DNA of 64,000 bases from Camelus dromedarius (taxonomy: Eukaryota): positions 53,322,001 through 53,386,000 of the forward strand of contig NC_087437.1 in the NCBI RefSeq assembly GCF_036321535.1. The letters are read 5' to 3'. Shown one piece after another: positions 1 through 14,910 of this stretch (the stretch's first letter is position 1; every line of letters starts with the position of its first letter). A program made the position numbers and the translations under genes. A model generated the notes under the pieces. The model saw only the letters and a program-made list of their open reading frames with translations. It was not told the DNA's origin and made no database searches.

Positions 1-112
1 TAGCACATAACAGGCACTCAATAAATGCTTAATTATTAATTTTAATGCCCTTCTCTTGGTTGCTTGCCAAACTTTTTTACAATTTCCAAAACCTTGTTCA
101 GATATTACCCCA

Positions 113-960
113 TGTGGCAGAGACTCGCTGGATGCTCACTAAGTATCTTTCCTTCCTGGGCACACAATTAGATGGTATTTCCCAGCCTCCCTTGAAGCTG
201 GATATGGTATAACTGGGTTATAATCAATGGAATGTAGGTGGATTTACATATACCATTTTCAAGCCTCCTGAAAACTCTCCCAAAGGAACGGAAGTGAGGG
301 ACTCAGGCCCTAGTGGGCATGGCTGGGGCAAACCATATTCTATTTGCAACTGTTCACTTCCCCATCCTCCAAGAGGCTTACACGGCCCTACCCATGGCCA
401 TGGGATTTCCCTACCTCCTGTGAGTAGTTTACCTCCCATCTTATTGATTCTAAGCATGGACCTGTGACAAAGCTTTACCCAGTGGAATGAAAGCAGTTGC
501 AGTTTACATCACATGTGAGCAAAAGTTTTAAAAGGCATCAAGACTTTTCTCCTGCTCTGTTGCTCTTCCCTTCTGTCACAAGAACAGACGTGACCTACAC
601 AGGAGCCGCTTCTTCAGCTTGAGTCCCCAAATGGGCAGACACACAGAGCTAAGCCACAACCTGGAAGAGAGCCATAGCTAAGGTGCAGCCTACATGTAAA
701 ATAAGCAAGAAATAAATCTTAGTTACTGTAAGCCACTGGAATTTCATTTTTGTTTTCTTTTTAACTGCAGCAAAGCAGACTAATAATAAAGCGGCTCCCA
801 AAGACAGAAGATGCCTAGGTCCATGAGTCACTGCTTAGATGACAGCAGCCTAGAAGCTCATGCATCCAGATGCCCTATGCTGGACTGCCACATGAGTAAG
901 AAAGAAACTGTTACGGCGCCGCTGCTGACATGCTGGGATCGCTTGTTACTGTAATTAGCC
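113..960 (-). mobile_element. Old MaLR (MLT1-type) LTR fragments
   Basis: Motifs such as CTTCCTGGGCACACAATTAGA..TTTCCCAGCCTCCCTTG and AGAAATAAA..GTAAGCCACTG..TTT resemble MLT1 LTRs; boundaries approximate. Confidence 0.55.
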
Positions 961-1474
961 TACCCTGATTAATATCCTTTCTCTGTGAAGTCTTTCTTCA
1001 TCACCAGAATTAATCATTCTCTTCTCTGTTCTATTTCTGTACTTTATGCATACTTTTATTGTACATGCCACACAATTAAGTAGCACTTTTTTTTACACAC
1101 CAGCTTCCCCTGCTAGTCTATGAGCTCCACGAGGTCAGAGCTGCTGTTCTAATCGTCTTTGAATCCCAGCACATAGCAGATGCTCACTTACCTCAAAATA
1201 GTTTTAATGTCAATGAAAATATTTCCATCTTCCAATTACAGGGTTCCTGGAACATTACTGCTTTGAAAGTAGATGAGTAACAATTGTTAAGTAAGGACTA
1301 ATTTGTTAAATTGCCAAACTGGAACTGCTAAAACTTAAATAGTGCTTTGGAATCAGATGGTCATTAACCCACAACTGCACACTGTTCAGCCAGAATGAAA
1401 ACTTAAAATAATTTATTTCCCAAAGTAATTAAACACACACACAAATATATATACACATACATATAAATCCATAC

Positions 1475-1810
1475 CTGATTCCTTTGCTTTTCGACTTCAT
1501 CCTCAGACATGCAGTTGGACAGAATTTCAGACCATTCCAGACGCTCCTCTGGTGTCTTTACTGCAAGACTATCAAATATTTCAAAGTAAAGCCACGCCAG
1601 ATCCTTAGCCAACTGCAGCTTCCCACATGCAATGTGCCTCCACGTCGACCAGGACAGGCGTGGGTAAGCTCCCTCTGTGGCCCGGGTTCGCACATAGGTG
1701 GATATCTTCCTGAGATAGTGAAGACTGAACTTGGATGGAGGGGGGACCTGCAAGGCGCCCACTATAAAGGGTTCTGCTTTCACCCAGAGGAGAACTCCGG
1801 ACTGATCCAT
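1475..1810 (-). CDS. TBCCD1: TBCC domain-containing protein 1, first coding exon (112 codons; gene continues beyond the window start)
   Basis: MDQSGVLLWVKAEPFIVGALQVPPPSKFSLHYLRK...KQRNQ is recognised as the TBCCD1 N-terminus. Donor is CAG|GTATGG at 1475/1474. Acceptor TTTCATAG| puts the exon start at 1853, giving 43 nt of 5'UTR. Confidence 0.95.
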
Positions 1811-1936
1811 ATTATCTCTAAGGACATCTGTGTGAAAAGGCTTCTTTGCATACCTATGAAATAAAGTTTCTTCACAAACTCATCTGAAACAAAACTCATT
1901 TACACATTTTCTTTTAAGGTGACCTCTCCCTTAACT

Positions 1937-2094
1937 GTTTTTATTTTTAATTTATTTTCTTCTGGGGGGGGGAAGGTAATCAGGTTTATTATCTTTTTAT
2001 CATTATTGTTTATTTATTAATGACTGTACTGGGGATTGAACCCAGGAAGTTCTGCATGCTAAGCGGGCACTCTACCACAGAGCTATAACCTCCC
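1937..2094 (-). mobile_element. Young tRNA-derived SINE (camelid Vic-like)
   Basis: Reverse A/B boxes and T-rich tail; TSD CCTCTCCCTTAACT at 1923-1936 and 2094-2107. Confidence 0.85.
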
Positions 2095-4019
2095 CTCTCC
2101 CTTAACTTGTTTTTAAATGTACTATGTCGTTTTAAAAACTGGATCCAGTTCACCAACCAAAAGCAGAATAGATTTTTGGTCAGATCTCATTATAATCCAT
2201 TTGAGCAGGAAAAAAATTTGTGATAGAACTATCTTACTTAAATTGTTCCAAGTGGCTGTTTTAGGAAGAGTGTGTAAATGCAGGAGGTATGAGATGGATC
2301 CCTGCTCAGGACAAAGAAAAGAAGAAATGGGAAGAAAAGCCATCTTATCACTGGAAATCCTGCTCTACCCTGAGGGGAAATGCTGGTCAAAATAAGAGGA
2401 ACAAAATTTCAAAGTCTAATCACTTACGCACAGAGGATGGTTGGTTAAAGATCTGGCTGGATTAGCTGACCATATGAGCTCAATATGAATCGCTAGCACC
2501 AGATAGCAGATAAGAATGCTCATGTAAACATAGGCTGTGAAAATAGATCAAGGGAAGTTAAAGCATCTTTTTTCTCTGTAACAGTGAGCCTGCTCTGGCA
2601 TATTCTGTTGTCCTTGGTTAAGGTACACTATTTTAGATTTAGTTTGTTCATTGTTTGTTAGAACAGCAATACATGATTCTTATGGAATGTTTATAAAAAC
2701 ACCTAAAAATAGACAGGGAGAGAATCATCCACAGTCCCACCACCAAAGGGGAACTAATATTTTACTGTACTTCCTTCCTGTCTTTTCCTCTACACAGACT
2801 GGATATTAGTTTTTGAATTTTCATAGTTGTGATAATACCATATATTCTGTATTATTTTAAAAGCTTCACAGCATTTTAAATATATGTACCCCAGTTTATT
2901 TGACTGTTCTATTTTCAGACATTTCATAAGTTTAAAATTTTTTACAAAAACAAGAGGCAAAATATTGATTGTTGAAGCTGGATGATGGTGAGCACATGGG
3001 TCCATTCACCTACTCTACTTTCGTGTATGTTAAAATTTTCCACTATAAAAAGTTTAAATGTTTTCACTATTATAAATAATGCTATAATTACCATCTTTCT
3101 GCTTATTTTCTGCATTATGATTATTTCTCAGAAAATGTTCAGCTTTAGATGTGCATTTGTGAAATAAAGTAACTGACATGTCTGAAGTTCCTGGCATATA
3201 TTTCCATTGTTTTCCAAAATGGTTGTAGCAAATTGTACTATCACTTGATTAAAGTACTGTCTTCACTGAACATGCCTAGCATTAACATCACTTTAAAAAC
3301 CTCCCTTAGATGACTGGATGAAAAGTGTTTTATGCTATTATTATATTTCGCATTTGACTCTAAGAAAATGGTACTTCTTTGGGGAATTATCTATTCAGAA
3401 AATAACTGACATCAATTGAGTACTAAGTGCTAGTTAGCACTCTCAATATTTTGTGTTCTTCAACTCCTTTCATCCTCACAACCGTCTGGAGATAAATATG
3501 ATTATCCCTATTTTCAGATGAGAAAACTGAGGCTTAGAAAAGTTAAGGGACTTACCCAAAGTCACATACTTGAGTTGGCAGAACCCTGAATTAGAATTCA
3601 AATCTGACTTTAGAACTGTGTTACTTACAAACGTACTCTAGGAACCCAGTTTTGGGAGAATCTGAAAAATGGGAATGAATTCAGAAGAGGATTACCAGAA
3701 TGAGCGGCCATGTAACGGTCAGGTGAAGGAACATGGAAGCATGAAGCCACAAGAAGGGTGTGGGAGGGCAGATGGCAGCTGTCTCTGAACTTAGGGATGG
3801 CTTAGCGTGGCTCTGAGTAAAACCAGACGATGAAAGTTCGGCGAGGAAGATCTTAGTTCGTCCCCAAATGGAAACAGGCTGCTCTTTGAGGTACTGACCT
3901 CCTGTCCCTGAAGTGTACGATCAAAAGCCAGATCTCGGGGATGAACCCTCTATTCTAACCACCAAACTCGAGAAGGCTAAATTCGTAAACATAAACTGGG
4001 GCTCTTTCCGTCTTCAAAA

Positions 4020-4560
4020 GCTGCCCTCGGATGCATCGGGATCCGAGTTTTACAGACAGGGAGATCGGCTGGAGGCCCGATGCTTCGCCACCACCTCGGC
4101 CGCTGTCGTGGGTAGGACGCGGTCAGGAATCTGACGCGGGGTGGGCCGCCCGAGAGAGCCCCGATCGGACTTCGGGAACAGAGAAGTCCCAGCTGACAGG
4201 CTGCGTAGCGGACCCAAGACCTGGCGAGAGCGAAGGCGGCCTCCCCAGCCGGAGCCTGAAGCTTGACAGACCCACCTCTACCTCCCCGGCGCCGGCCCGC
4301 TCGCGGTTACCTGCGGAGGCAGGGGACGCTCCGCCGCGCCTCTCCGTGCGCCGCCACGCCCCACGCTCACCGCCCACCGCCCGCCCACCGCGCAAGCGCG
4401 AAACCTCGCACCACTGAGAACTGGGGGACCACGTTGCTAGAGTGGCCGAGTACTTCTTCCGCGGTCTGCGTAACTCTGAGCCGGAACCTAGAGTCAGACC
4501 CCTCCACTTTATGGTGTCGCGCCTTTCAGCTCGCGGTGGTAGCACGTTTTATATTGCTCC
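4020..4560. promoter_or_regulatory. CpG island / TBCCD1 promoter
   Basis: High CpG density, GC boxes (CCGCCC), ETS-like CTTCCG, and minus-strand TATAAAA at 4547-4553. Confidence 0.75.
4311..4450 (-). other. TBCCD1: TBCCD1 non-coding exon 1 (5' end approximate)
   Basis: Minus-strand donor GCAG|GTAACC at 4311/4310 within a CpG-rich island upstream of the first coding exon. Confidence 0.7.
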
Positions 4561-5099
4561 ACAGAACTGTGGTCAGCCACTAGCTGCTGGGAAGGTCAGC
4601 AAGCTTTGATCAATAATAATAAATGATAATGACAGTTTACATTTATAGAATGCTTGCTCTGGGCTGAGTACTGTTTGAAGCACCGTTACGTATCTTACCT
4701 CAGTCTTCCTAAGAGCCCTTTAAGTTCAGTACACTTGTTTTACTGAGGAAACTAGGTGAAAGTAACACAGCAAGAGAAGAGCCAAGATAAAAACTCAGGC
4801 TGTCTGAAGCGAGAGTGCCCAGGGTTAGCTCCTTAACTCAGCTTTTCCGCCATGTCACCGCCTTCAGAAGCTTTCTTGGATTTCACCCCGCAGAAGACAT
4901 CACTCCCTCCTCTAAACCTCTTATTTCATGGTTTTGGGCCATTTCCTGCTTTCTTAATTCGTTTATGGCCTCTCTCGGTGTGAGAGATAACAAAGGTAAA
5001 TAAGACCATAAAATGCAGTTTAGTTCCTCCTTTACGTGGCATTCGCCCCCACCGCCAGTAGGCATCTTCCTGAAAGTAGTAACCTGGCCTACCTCCTAC

Positions 5100-6080
5100 G
5101 TCTGCGCTGTGCCTGGCACAGTGCTAGGCATTAGGGTTATAGTAGTGAACAAAATAGACAAGGTCCTTGCTTTCTTGGAGTGTATATTTTAATAAGGAGA
5201 ATAGATAATAAGTTAAGGAAATAAAATAGGATAATTTCAGATATGCTACGAATCTGAGCTGAGGTCTGACAAATAAGCCAGTGCACGAAGATCACAATCG
5301 AAGTGACTTTTACTCGGTGGCAGGCTCTGTTCTAAGATGCTGATCTATGCAGCTGTGAACATAACAGTGCAAATTCATGCTCTCATGAAACTGACATTGC
5401 AAGGTGTGTGAGTGTGGCGGGCAGGGATAGAAATAATAAAACATGGTGGTGTAAGACTAGGAACTCAGTAGGGGCTAATTTTGATTGGTTGGTCAGGGAA
5501 GTCTTCTATAAGGTGGTAAACTTAAGCTGTTATCTAAGTTTAAAAAGAGTCACCCATGTTAGGATCTGAGGGAAGATCGTTTCAGGAGAGAGAACAACTA
5601 GAACGTTTTGCTGGAACATGGTAAGGAGTATACTAGATGAGGGTACAGATCATATAAGGTTTTGGGGGTCCCCCCCAGCTTTACTGAGAAATGTTTTTAT
5701 AAGCTAGTATAAAGAGTTGGGATCTTACTCTAAGTGCAGTGAAAAGCCATCTGAGGCTTTAAATCAGAAGAATGACATGATCTGATATGTTTAAAAAGCA
5801 TGGCTGGGGGAGGGTACGGGGTGAAAAAGAGATACTAAGATATTAACGAGTAGAGGCAAGAAGACCAGTTAGGAGGGCCTTGCCAGCTGGGAGATGATGT
5901 GACTTGGCCAGAGAGGTAGTGGAAACGTAGAATAGTGGACAGATTCAGGATATGGTTTAAAGGTAAAGATCTGGATAGGGGATTCAGGAGAGAAATCAAG
6001 GGAGACACCTAGGGTTTTGTGATGAACAATTAGGTGGTGCGTTTACTAAAATGAGCAGAAGTAGTTGGGAGTGGGGATGG
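5100..6080 (-). mobile_element. L2 LINE relic
   Basis: GTGCCTGGCACAGTGCTAGGC...GAACAAAATAGACAAGGTCCTTGC and purine-rich L2 antisense pattern; approximate. Confidence 0.6.
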
Positions 6081-6409
6081 GGATCAGAGTTCTCTTCTTA
6101 ACTATAGTAATAGTTACTATTCTTTGCGTGCTTACTATGTGCCAGACGCTGTGCAATACGGTTTACAGATTTTCTTCTATTAAAAGTTTCAACACCACCA
6201 GTAAATGCTTTGCCTCAAGTTTGTAGATAAAGACAGGCTCAGGCGAGGGGCAAGGAGAGGGGAGACATGTTCTCACCGCTAGGAAGTGACAGAAGCTGAA
6301 TCCCAACCTAAGTCTGCTTCCACGGCCTGTCCTCATCAGGCTGCTTCTTTGTGAAACCGAGACAATTTTCTCCTGGATTTGTTAGAAGAAAACAAAATAA
6401 TATCTAAGT

Positions 6410-7250
<841 letters not shown>

Positions 7251-9791
7251 GAGAGGGGCGTTACTGTGGTGATGCAGTGGAACTGAGGAATGGGTAGTAT
7301 GGGCCAGGCTAGTGGAGTGGAGAGAACAGTGGGTGACACGAGTGAGAGGAGATTAGATCCAGATGCCCTAGAGAGCTAGATTTGCCCGGAGAATTTAAGT
7401 GTTGGATGCAGTGCCAAACAACGTGGGGTCGGGGGGGCAGCTGAGCTGGAGAAGACGATACAATGTTGAGCCTGCCACGAGCCATTGGGGGGCTGACATT
7501 AAAGTGAATAAGTTATGATTCCAGGCTAAGTGAGGAAGTGAGGGGCAGGTAGGAAAGCCATGCTGGGACTGAAGGAAATTGGACTGAGGGAGCAAGGCAG
7601 ACCCTTTGGAAAGCCCTTGTACTTCTCAGGTTCTTGAGATACCGAGCCTAAGCTGCCATTATGTCTCACTGTCTCTCCCCATGAAGCATTCTTGAGAAGC
7701 TGAAGGGTATCATGAGCTGGGGAAACAGGTGGTAGACTGGGATTCTAGCCCACTCACCCCCACCCGGCTTATGAATTATGTGACCTTGAAGGAACACCTA
7801 AATTCTCATCTGTGACATGAGGGTGATAATGTGCCACTTATTTGAAGGAACTATGGCCACCTGAACTCTTGAGACTTTGTCCAACCTTTAAGATCCACTA
7901 TGCTATAAGCCTGGTGACCGCAAGATATGGTACACCAGGCTCATTTTAAAATGTGAGGAGTAGTAATGTCTTAGCTTCTGACAATTTATAGGTTGTTCTG
8001 AATGGAGAAAGCATTACCTAGCAGAGCTTTAAACTTTAATTGCTTGTTATTCTCTTAAAAGTTTTTTTCCCTTGTGCATATATGCTTAAACTTTATTTTT
8101 TACCTTGTGAAATGTCTTAAACTTCTAAAATAAAAATTAACTTTCCTAGGTAATGCTTTGTTGTTTTTTTTTCAGTATATTTTTGTAGTACTTTTTGCGC
8201 TTAAAGCAATGCATACCTTAAGGTGTTTAAATAAAATGTCATACATATTGTTAATACTGTAGCCATAAACCTCAGTCTTTGGTAAAGGAGTCTCTTGGGA
8301 ACCGTAATGTTGATGCTGAGCTATGCCAGGCATCTTTTCCTTGTATTTTTCTCAGCTGTTACTTAACTAGTTATATAGTAAGTATACTCTAAGGAAGCCT
8401 CACTCTTTATATAGTTAGCTCTTTTGTTATTAGCTTTAGTGAACCTTTTTATTTCTTTAGTTCTCGTCTCAAGAGATGTCAAGTTTCTGCAGATTTTGGG
8501 GGGGAGGATAAAGCACCTAGTTAATCCTCATGGAACCCCTTGTGGGTGATAATTTTAAAAACTTATACATAAAATGTTTAAATAATTTTTCTGAAGTGTG
8601 ACTAAGAGCTTATGAATTAATTTTTTTCATGTTCTGTCTTACATCACCTGAATCTTGATACCCCAATGCATTTTTTCCCCACTGCATTTTAAAATTACCG
8701 TCACTACTACACTGTCTCCATCATGAACAACTTTCCCATCCCCTTGGTTGAGAGAATGCATTTTCAGAAAAATTTCTGCTGGCTAACGTGACTGGCAAAA
8801 GGAAAAGACTTTTGTGAGCATGCTTATTTATTCATTTCATTCAATGAATATTTATTGGTGTCTTCTATGGGTTGGATACAGTCCCTGCCTTGAAAGTGTA
8901 TTAGTCTTACTCTGTCTTCCCATTGGCCCTTCCTGCAGAGATTCCCTTTTTGATTAATATGGTTCCAGCATAGTTCCTGGCAATGAGGTCAGTGGACCTC
9001 CACTTTGTCTCCTAGCTCATGCCATATGCATATTTGCAGCTGCTGAGACTTATACGTGCCTGCATGTGGATTTCAGCAGCTGTCTCTAATTAAGGGTTGA
9101 CTTAGATAAACTAGTATAACTGCTAGTAGTGACTGCAGAATCAATATTTTATCTCTCTTTCAGCAAAACCCCTCACAACTCATACATTTAAGTAGCTGTT
9201 ATTCTCTCTTTAAGGCTTTTATTTGGGCTTTGGTTTAACTGCTCTGTTAACCTCTGAACTTAACTTCAGTCACTTCATCTTTAACATTCCAAGAGAATGA
9301 CTAAAAAGAGAATACATCAGAATTTGTAATAAGTCTTATATATTAAAATACTATTAGAACATTAAAATGATAAAATCTTTTTGAATAAAAAAAATCACCT
9401 TTTGAGATTATTTGACCTTTGAAAGTAATCAAAAGTCATTAGAAGTCAGTAATAGGGGAGAAAAGAGTTAATTTGATTATTTGGTTCTTGGTTGAAAATA
9501 ACCTGTGACCATAAAGTAAGAAAATGATTTTCTTGACTGAAGGTAGTTCTAAGAGAAGAATACCACAGATGTTTTGAATAATTCTAGCATTGTTCAAAAA
9601 GTACATAGCCTCTCATGATTACTTCAGTATATAAGACTCATTATAGTTTCTGGCGTATTCTCTTTTTAGTCATTCTTTTTTGTGTGTATGTGTCACATCT
9701 GTACTTTCATTTTTCTACCTCTTTGCTCAGACACAAACCCAAATGTTTATGCAAACTTTTAAAATGTATAAAAACTTTTAAAAATGTATAA

Positions 9792-10046
<255 letters not shown>

Positions 10047-10121
10047 TAACGCAGAGTAACACTCCCATTTTTCAGGTCACTTCTTTTTAAAAACGGACAG
10101 TAGATAGAAGTAGTGTTTGAT

Positions 10122-10186
10122 GGGGGGTGGGTATAGCTCAGTGGTAGAGGTCCTGGGTTCAATCCCAATTACCTCCATTTAAAAAA
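10122..10186 (+). mobile_element. Short, internally deleted tRNA-derived SINE
   Basis: GGGTATAGCTCAGTGGTAGAG|GTCCTGGGTTCAATCCC..A-tail; degenerate TSD AAGTAGTGTTTGAT / AAGTAGTACTTGAT. Confidence 0.85.
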
Positions 10187-11084
10187 AAGTAGTACTTGAT
10201 GCCATATTGTACATTAACGTTAGTAGATGTAACTTCCTGCCCTTTTCATATCAGCATTTGTCTTATTAATGTTGGAAAAAATTAAAGACAGAGGGATTGG
10301 TAGATTAATAAGTAGATTGGTCATCAGTCAGTCCACTCGGGCATTGGAGCCAGAAACAGAAACAAAATCTAAGTGAGGATAGCAAATCCACATACCTGTG
10401 AGGACCAGGCAAATAACGTGCAGGGCAGATATAAGATAGAACATGAGGGTGGATGTTCTACCTCCATATTCTACCTCCAGTCAGCAGGGATTGAAGAGTG
10501 ACAAACTGAGGACCTCTTGCCTCATTTCAAGGGAGCAGCTGTTATTCCACCCCAGCCAGTTTTTACTGTATAGAAATGCAGACATTGTGTTGCCAAATCA
10601 TTTAATCTTTTGAAAGTAGTGGAAATCCAGATTTTTATAAATTTTTCTGAATTCTCCTGATTATAAAATGTTGGTGACTAATTGAATTTAAAATTTTCTT
10701 TTATGTGCAGATCAAAGAAAACAGCTGTAGTTTGAATTTGCAACCTCTAATTTAGAGGTCAAAACACTTTCATGTGTGTCATTTAATCTTCAGTAGGACA
10801 CCATGAAATATAATAGAACTGGCTTTTTCTTCTTCCCATTTTCTTTCTTTCTTTCTTTCTTTCATTTTTAACATCACAGAGCAAGATTTACTGAATGCTT
10901 AATAAAATATTTACAATTTGAAAAACTATTATACATGGAACGTTTGAACACTATGGTGAAAAAATTTTACAAATAAGCTATTGATAATCTGTCTTATGTA
11001 TTAATTTAGAAGTTAGTGGCTTTGCATGTGTTGCAATTCACCTTTCCCCTAGAAATAGAATAATAGATCTGTGGTTTTATTTTT

Positions 11085-11310
11085 TTTCTTTTCAGCTTTA
11101 TTGAGATAACAGTTGATAAACAAAATAGTAAGCTATTTAAAGTGCACATCATGATGATTTGATATATGTATCCACTGTGAAAAGATTCTGCCCATCTAGT
11201 TAATCCATCACTGCATATTTCTCTCTTTTTTTGGTGTGAACATTTAAGTTCTGCTTTCTTAGCAAATTTTAGTTATACAATACAGTGTTATCAATTCTAG
11301 TTCCCATATA
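11085..11310 (-). mobile_element. L1 3' end fragment
   Basis: T-run followed by CAGCTTTATTGAGATA...ATACAATACAGTGTTATCAA, typical of an antisense L1M 3' end. Confidence 0.65.
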
Positions 11311-13774
11311 TTCCCATTTTCTAAAAGGGCACAGAAAAAACTAATTTGACTCCAAAAGTCAGGGAGTTACAACTTCTGAATTCAGATTAAATCCCTGTAG
11401 CATAAGAAGGCAGGAAACAAATCTGGAAAATATTTTAGTAGTGGAAAAATAAAGAAGGCATCCAAGGCCTGCTAGGTTAAAAAAGTGCATAAACTAAAAC
11501 AGTGACTTATACCCAGGGGAAACCTAGAATTAATGGGGTTTCTCTTTCTTCTCTCAACACCTATAGGACTGAAATTCCTAATCTTGGGCCCACAAATAAA
11601 CTTGAGAGGGTTAGTGGACCCTCCTAAATTACTGTATGTAACATTTTGTTTCTTGTTGATAATATGGCTTCCATATTTTACACTGTATTTCTTACATATT
11701 CCCATTGTTTGCTAGGAACTCAATAATCAAAAGTATTTTCTAGGGAAACTATTGCTAAGAATTTACCATGTGCTTTAAAGATTCTACTGTGTTGTTTAGC
11801 CATGACCTAGGCAGGTTATACATAGATCATTCATGTGACTGTAGTTTAATTCTAAGAACCTTTTTAGTCATTAGTTCAAATTTTCTTTTTTCTTTGTGTT
11901 ATTTCCTTAGATCAATTAGTGTTCACAAATCAGAATCCCAGAATCCCAGTAAAGTTGAAGAGTCTTTTGTGAATACAAATTTGTCTTCTTTACTGAGCTG
12001 AGATTCCTGCTGGCATTTTAATTAGTTGAGATTCTGTGATTGGTTGGCCAATCAACTAAGAAACTTTTTTTTTCTTAAAAAAAAAAAAGCTTCCAGGACC
12101 GTGGAATAAAATTGCATTCCTTAGAAGAAAAGTGAGGAGTAAGTGAATGATAATAGATAACTTTAAAGGCAGTTTTTGCAGTTATTACAGAAGCCTTCAA
12201 TGTCCAAAAAGAAGCTGACTTAAAAATACCCTTTGTTTTGGGATTTTGAAGTGTTTCTTATGGACCCAAATGTGGGGTTCATTTCTTTGCCAAGATAAGA
12301 ACAGAGGAGTATACTTGAAAGTAAAAATATTGGAAATCCAGATCACATAATAATGAGGGTTTTGTTTTGTTTTTAAGTTAACTCTGCTCATTTCTGCTTC
12401 CCCAAAGGAGCTCTTTTTTTAGAATATTTACCAAAAAAAATTTTTTTTTCACCTGGTCTATCACAGTGGCATTAGTTGAGTTCTCTGGTCACTTTTAGAC
12501 TAACCCATTTGTCTTTGCTTTTAAGAATGTTCATTCTCTTCTTATACGCTGAATTTCTTTTTATCCTTCTAAATGTATCTTAAATGTTAATAGATTTTTG
12601 CTGTGGCTCCTATGCATCATTCAGGCCTTGAGCCAAAAATGTGTCCTATTTACACATGCCAGTCAGATCTTCCCTTTCTTTTGCTGAGTCAACAAGTCTT
12701 CTACTTTCAACTTCTTTTCCTGTGTCAGCACAAGTATGAGTTTGAAATACTTTCTCCTTCAGTGTGCTGTCTAAGTAGGAGTTTAAGAATATCAAACAGC
12801 ATAAAGTTATTCAATTTTCAAATTTATATTTATGCATGTGTTCCAGAATGCTCTAAATAGATGGGAAGCTTACTTTTGGAAGGCAAATTTTGAAGAACAT
12901 TGAAGCTTATTTTGTTTTACATTCTTTAGTTCCATATATGGAATGTTCCCAGTGAGAAAGCATATACCTATGACTTAGTATATAGTTTTCTAGAACCATT
13001 AAAACTTCAAAAAGTCTTTTCAGGTTGGTGAAATTGACCTTGAGCATCCTTCATAGAACAGTATCCCTTTTCACTCTCTGCAGTACAAACTCAAGGGGTT
13101 ATGAACTGTATGTGGTAGACAGCATTCTTCCACAAATTGATGTCTACATATACCAAAAAAAAAAAAAAAAGAATGAAAAGGGAATATGAAAATACAGCAG
13201 AGTGTAGACCTTTCCAGAGACCTATCATTTGATTCCCTTGACCAGCCAGTTGCTTAGTGTGTGTGTGGTAGTGGCGAATCAGGGGTTATGGTATGACCAC
13301 GCAGGGCTGAGCAAACTTGAAGGCTGTCCTCATTTACTGCTTCTAGCACTAGTGACAATCCATCATAGTCCTGTCCTAGTTTATAGTCTAGAGAGATAAT
13401 AAAGCATCATGGTTAACAGCTTAAGCCCTGGAGTCAAGCTGCATGGGAAGTAAACCTGAGGAATTCATCTCACCTCTTTTCTGTTACTGCTCTCACCTTC
13501 GTAGCCACATCACTAATCTCAAATATGATGTTTATGTGACTAGGTGAGTTTTGATAAATTTAAATTAAAACATGAATTGAGCAATTGGAAAGTTAAAAGA
13601 AATGAACACTGCATCAAAGAATTTAGTCTGATAAAAATAACTTTATAAACATGCCTTAATACCATACATAATGCATTGTACTAAAATTGTATACACAGTA
13701 TCAGAGTTTAAAATAAAAGCAAAAACATTTTTTGAAAAACAACCGAAACATAAATGTGACTGCACCTTAACTAA

Positions 13775-13918
<144 letters not shown>

Positions 13919-14910
13919 TAAGTAATTTATCCACCTGCAAGGTATTAGTGTCTGAAAATGGATCACTTAGTGATTATTAAAGAATTATCCTTGCTCCTTT
14001 GTTCAGAAGCTTTTGATGAAGAGTACATCTCAGCTGATCCTTGACTAAAAGATCATTTATCATCCTTTCTGAGGGAATATTCTCCTCTATATTCACAAAG
14101 CTCCAGAAAAGGCAGGTAGCACTAAAAGGGCTGTCCATCTCGCCAACCAAATCAGTCAAATCAACCCTGACTGTATTGGTGGGTTTATGTATTGGAAACC
14201 AGTTCATTTTGTCTCCTCACTGTCTTAGAATCTGCAAACCATTTAATGAGCAAAGTTATTCTTGTAAGCAGAGAGAGAGAAATTCCTCCTCCCATCCCCA
14301 GAACTGCCTCTTTTTCATCCTATCAATAAGACAGGGATGATTATGATCATCAGCACTGGTGGAAGGACTTAGGGTAGAGGCTCTTTATCTCTTGCTGTGC
14401 CTGACTTTCTGGGAGTGCTGAGTGGCTGGAATAATAAACATCTTTCCTTCCTGCTCTCTGAGCCCCTCTTTGTTGAGCATTTAAATTTTCATATACCCTG
14501 ATGATGCATAAATAGGAGATCTTGATCTAGGATTTCAAATCAAGTTACAAATAAAAACTGTTTGAATATGCACTTCAATGAGGGAGAAGATGCACTGATT
14601 TCTTCAGATTCTCTAAGAGGAACCTTTCCCCAAAAGCAGTGATAATGACTGTTACATACAATAGCTTCCCTCATTTAGTGTTTGGGAGTGACAAGTAGAT
14701 TTTCAGGACTTGTGAAGATGTGTGAGTAATATGATTAGGAAATCCTTCTCTTCCCCAGGATTGATCTGGTGGCTTTAGCCTACCAGGGAAGTGTCCTGTT
14801 TGAACCCATTGGCAGCTAAAAGTGATAGCCAGGGATGCCAGAAAGAAAAAGCTCTGCCCATGCTCCTTCCTCCTCCACCCTTTCTGCTTTTATTTAAGAT
14901 TCAGGGAATC

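Noticed and set aside
10122..10170. tRNA-like sequence with A and B boxes
   Set aside because: Lacks an anticodon arm and acceptor stem, and has an A-tail and TSD; it is a SINE, not a tRNA gene.
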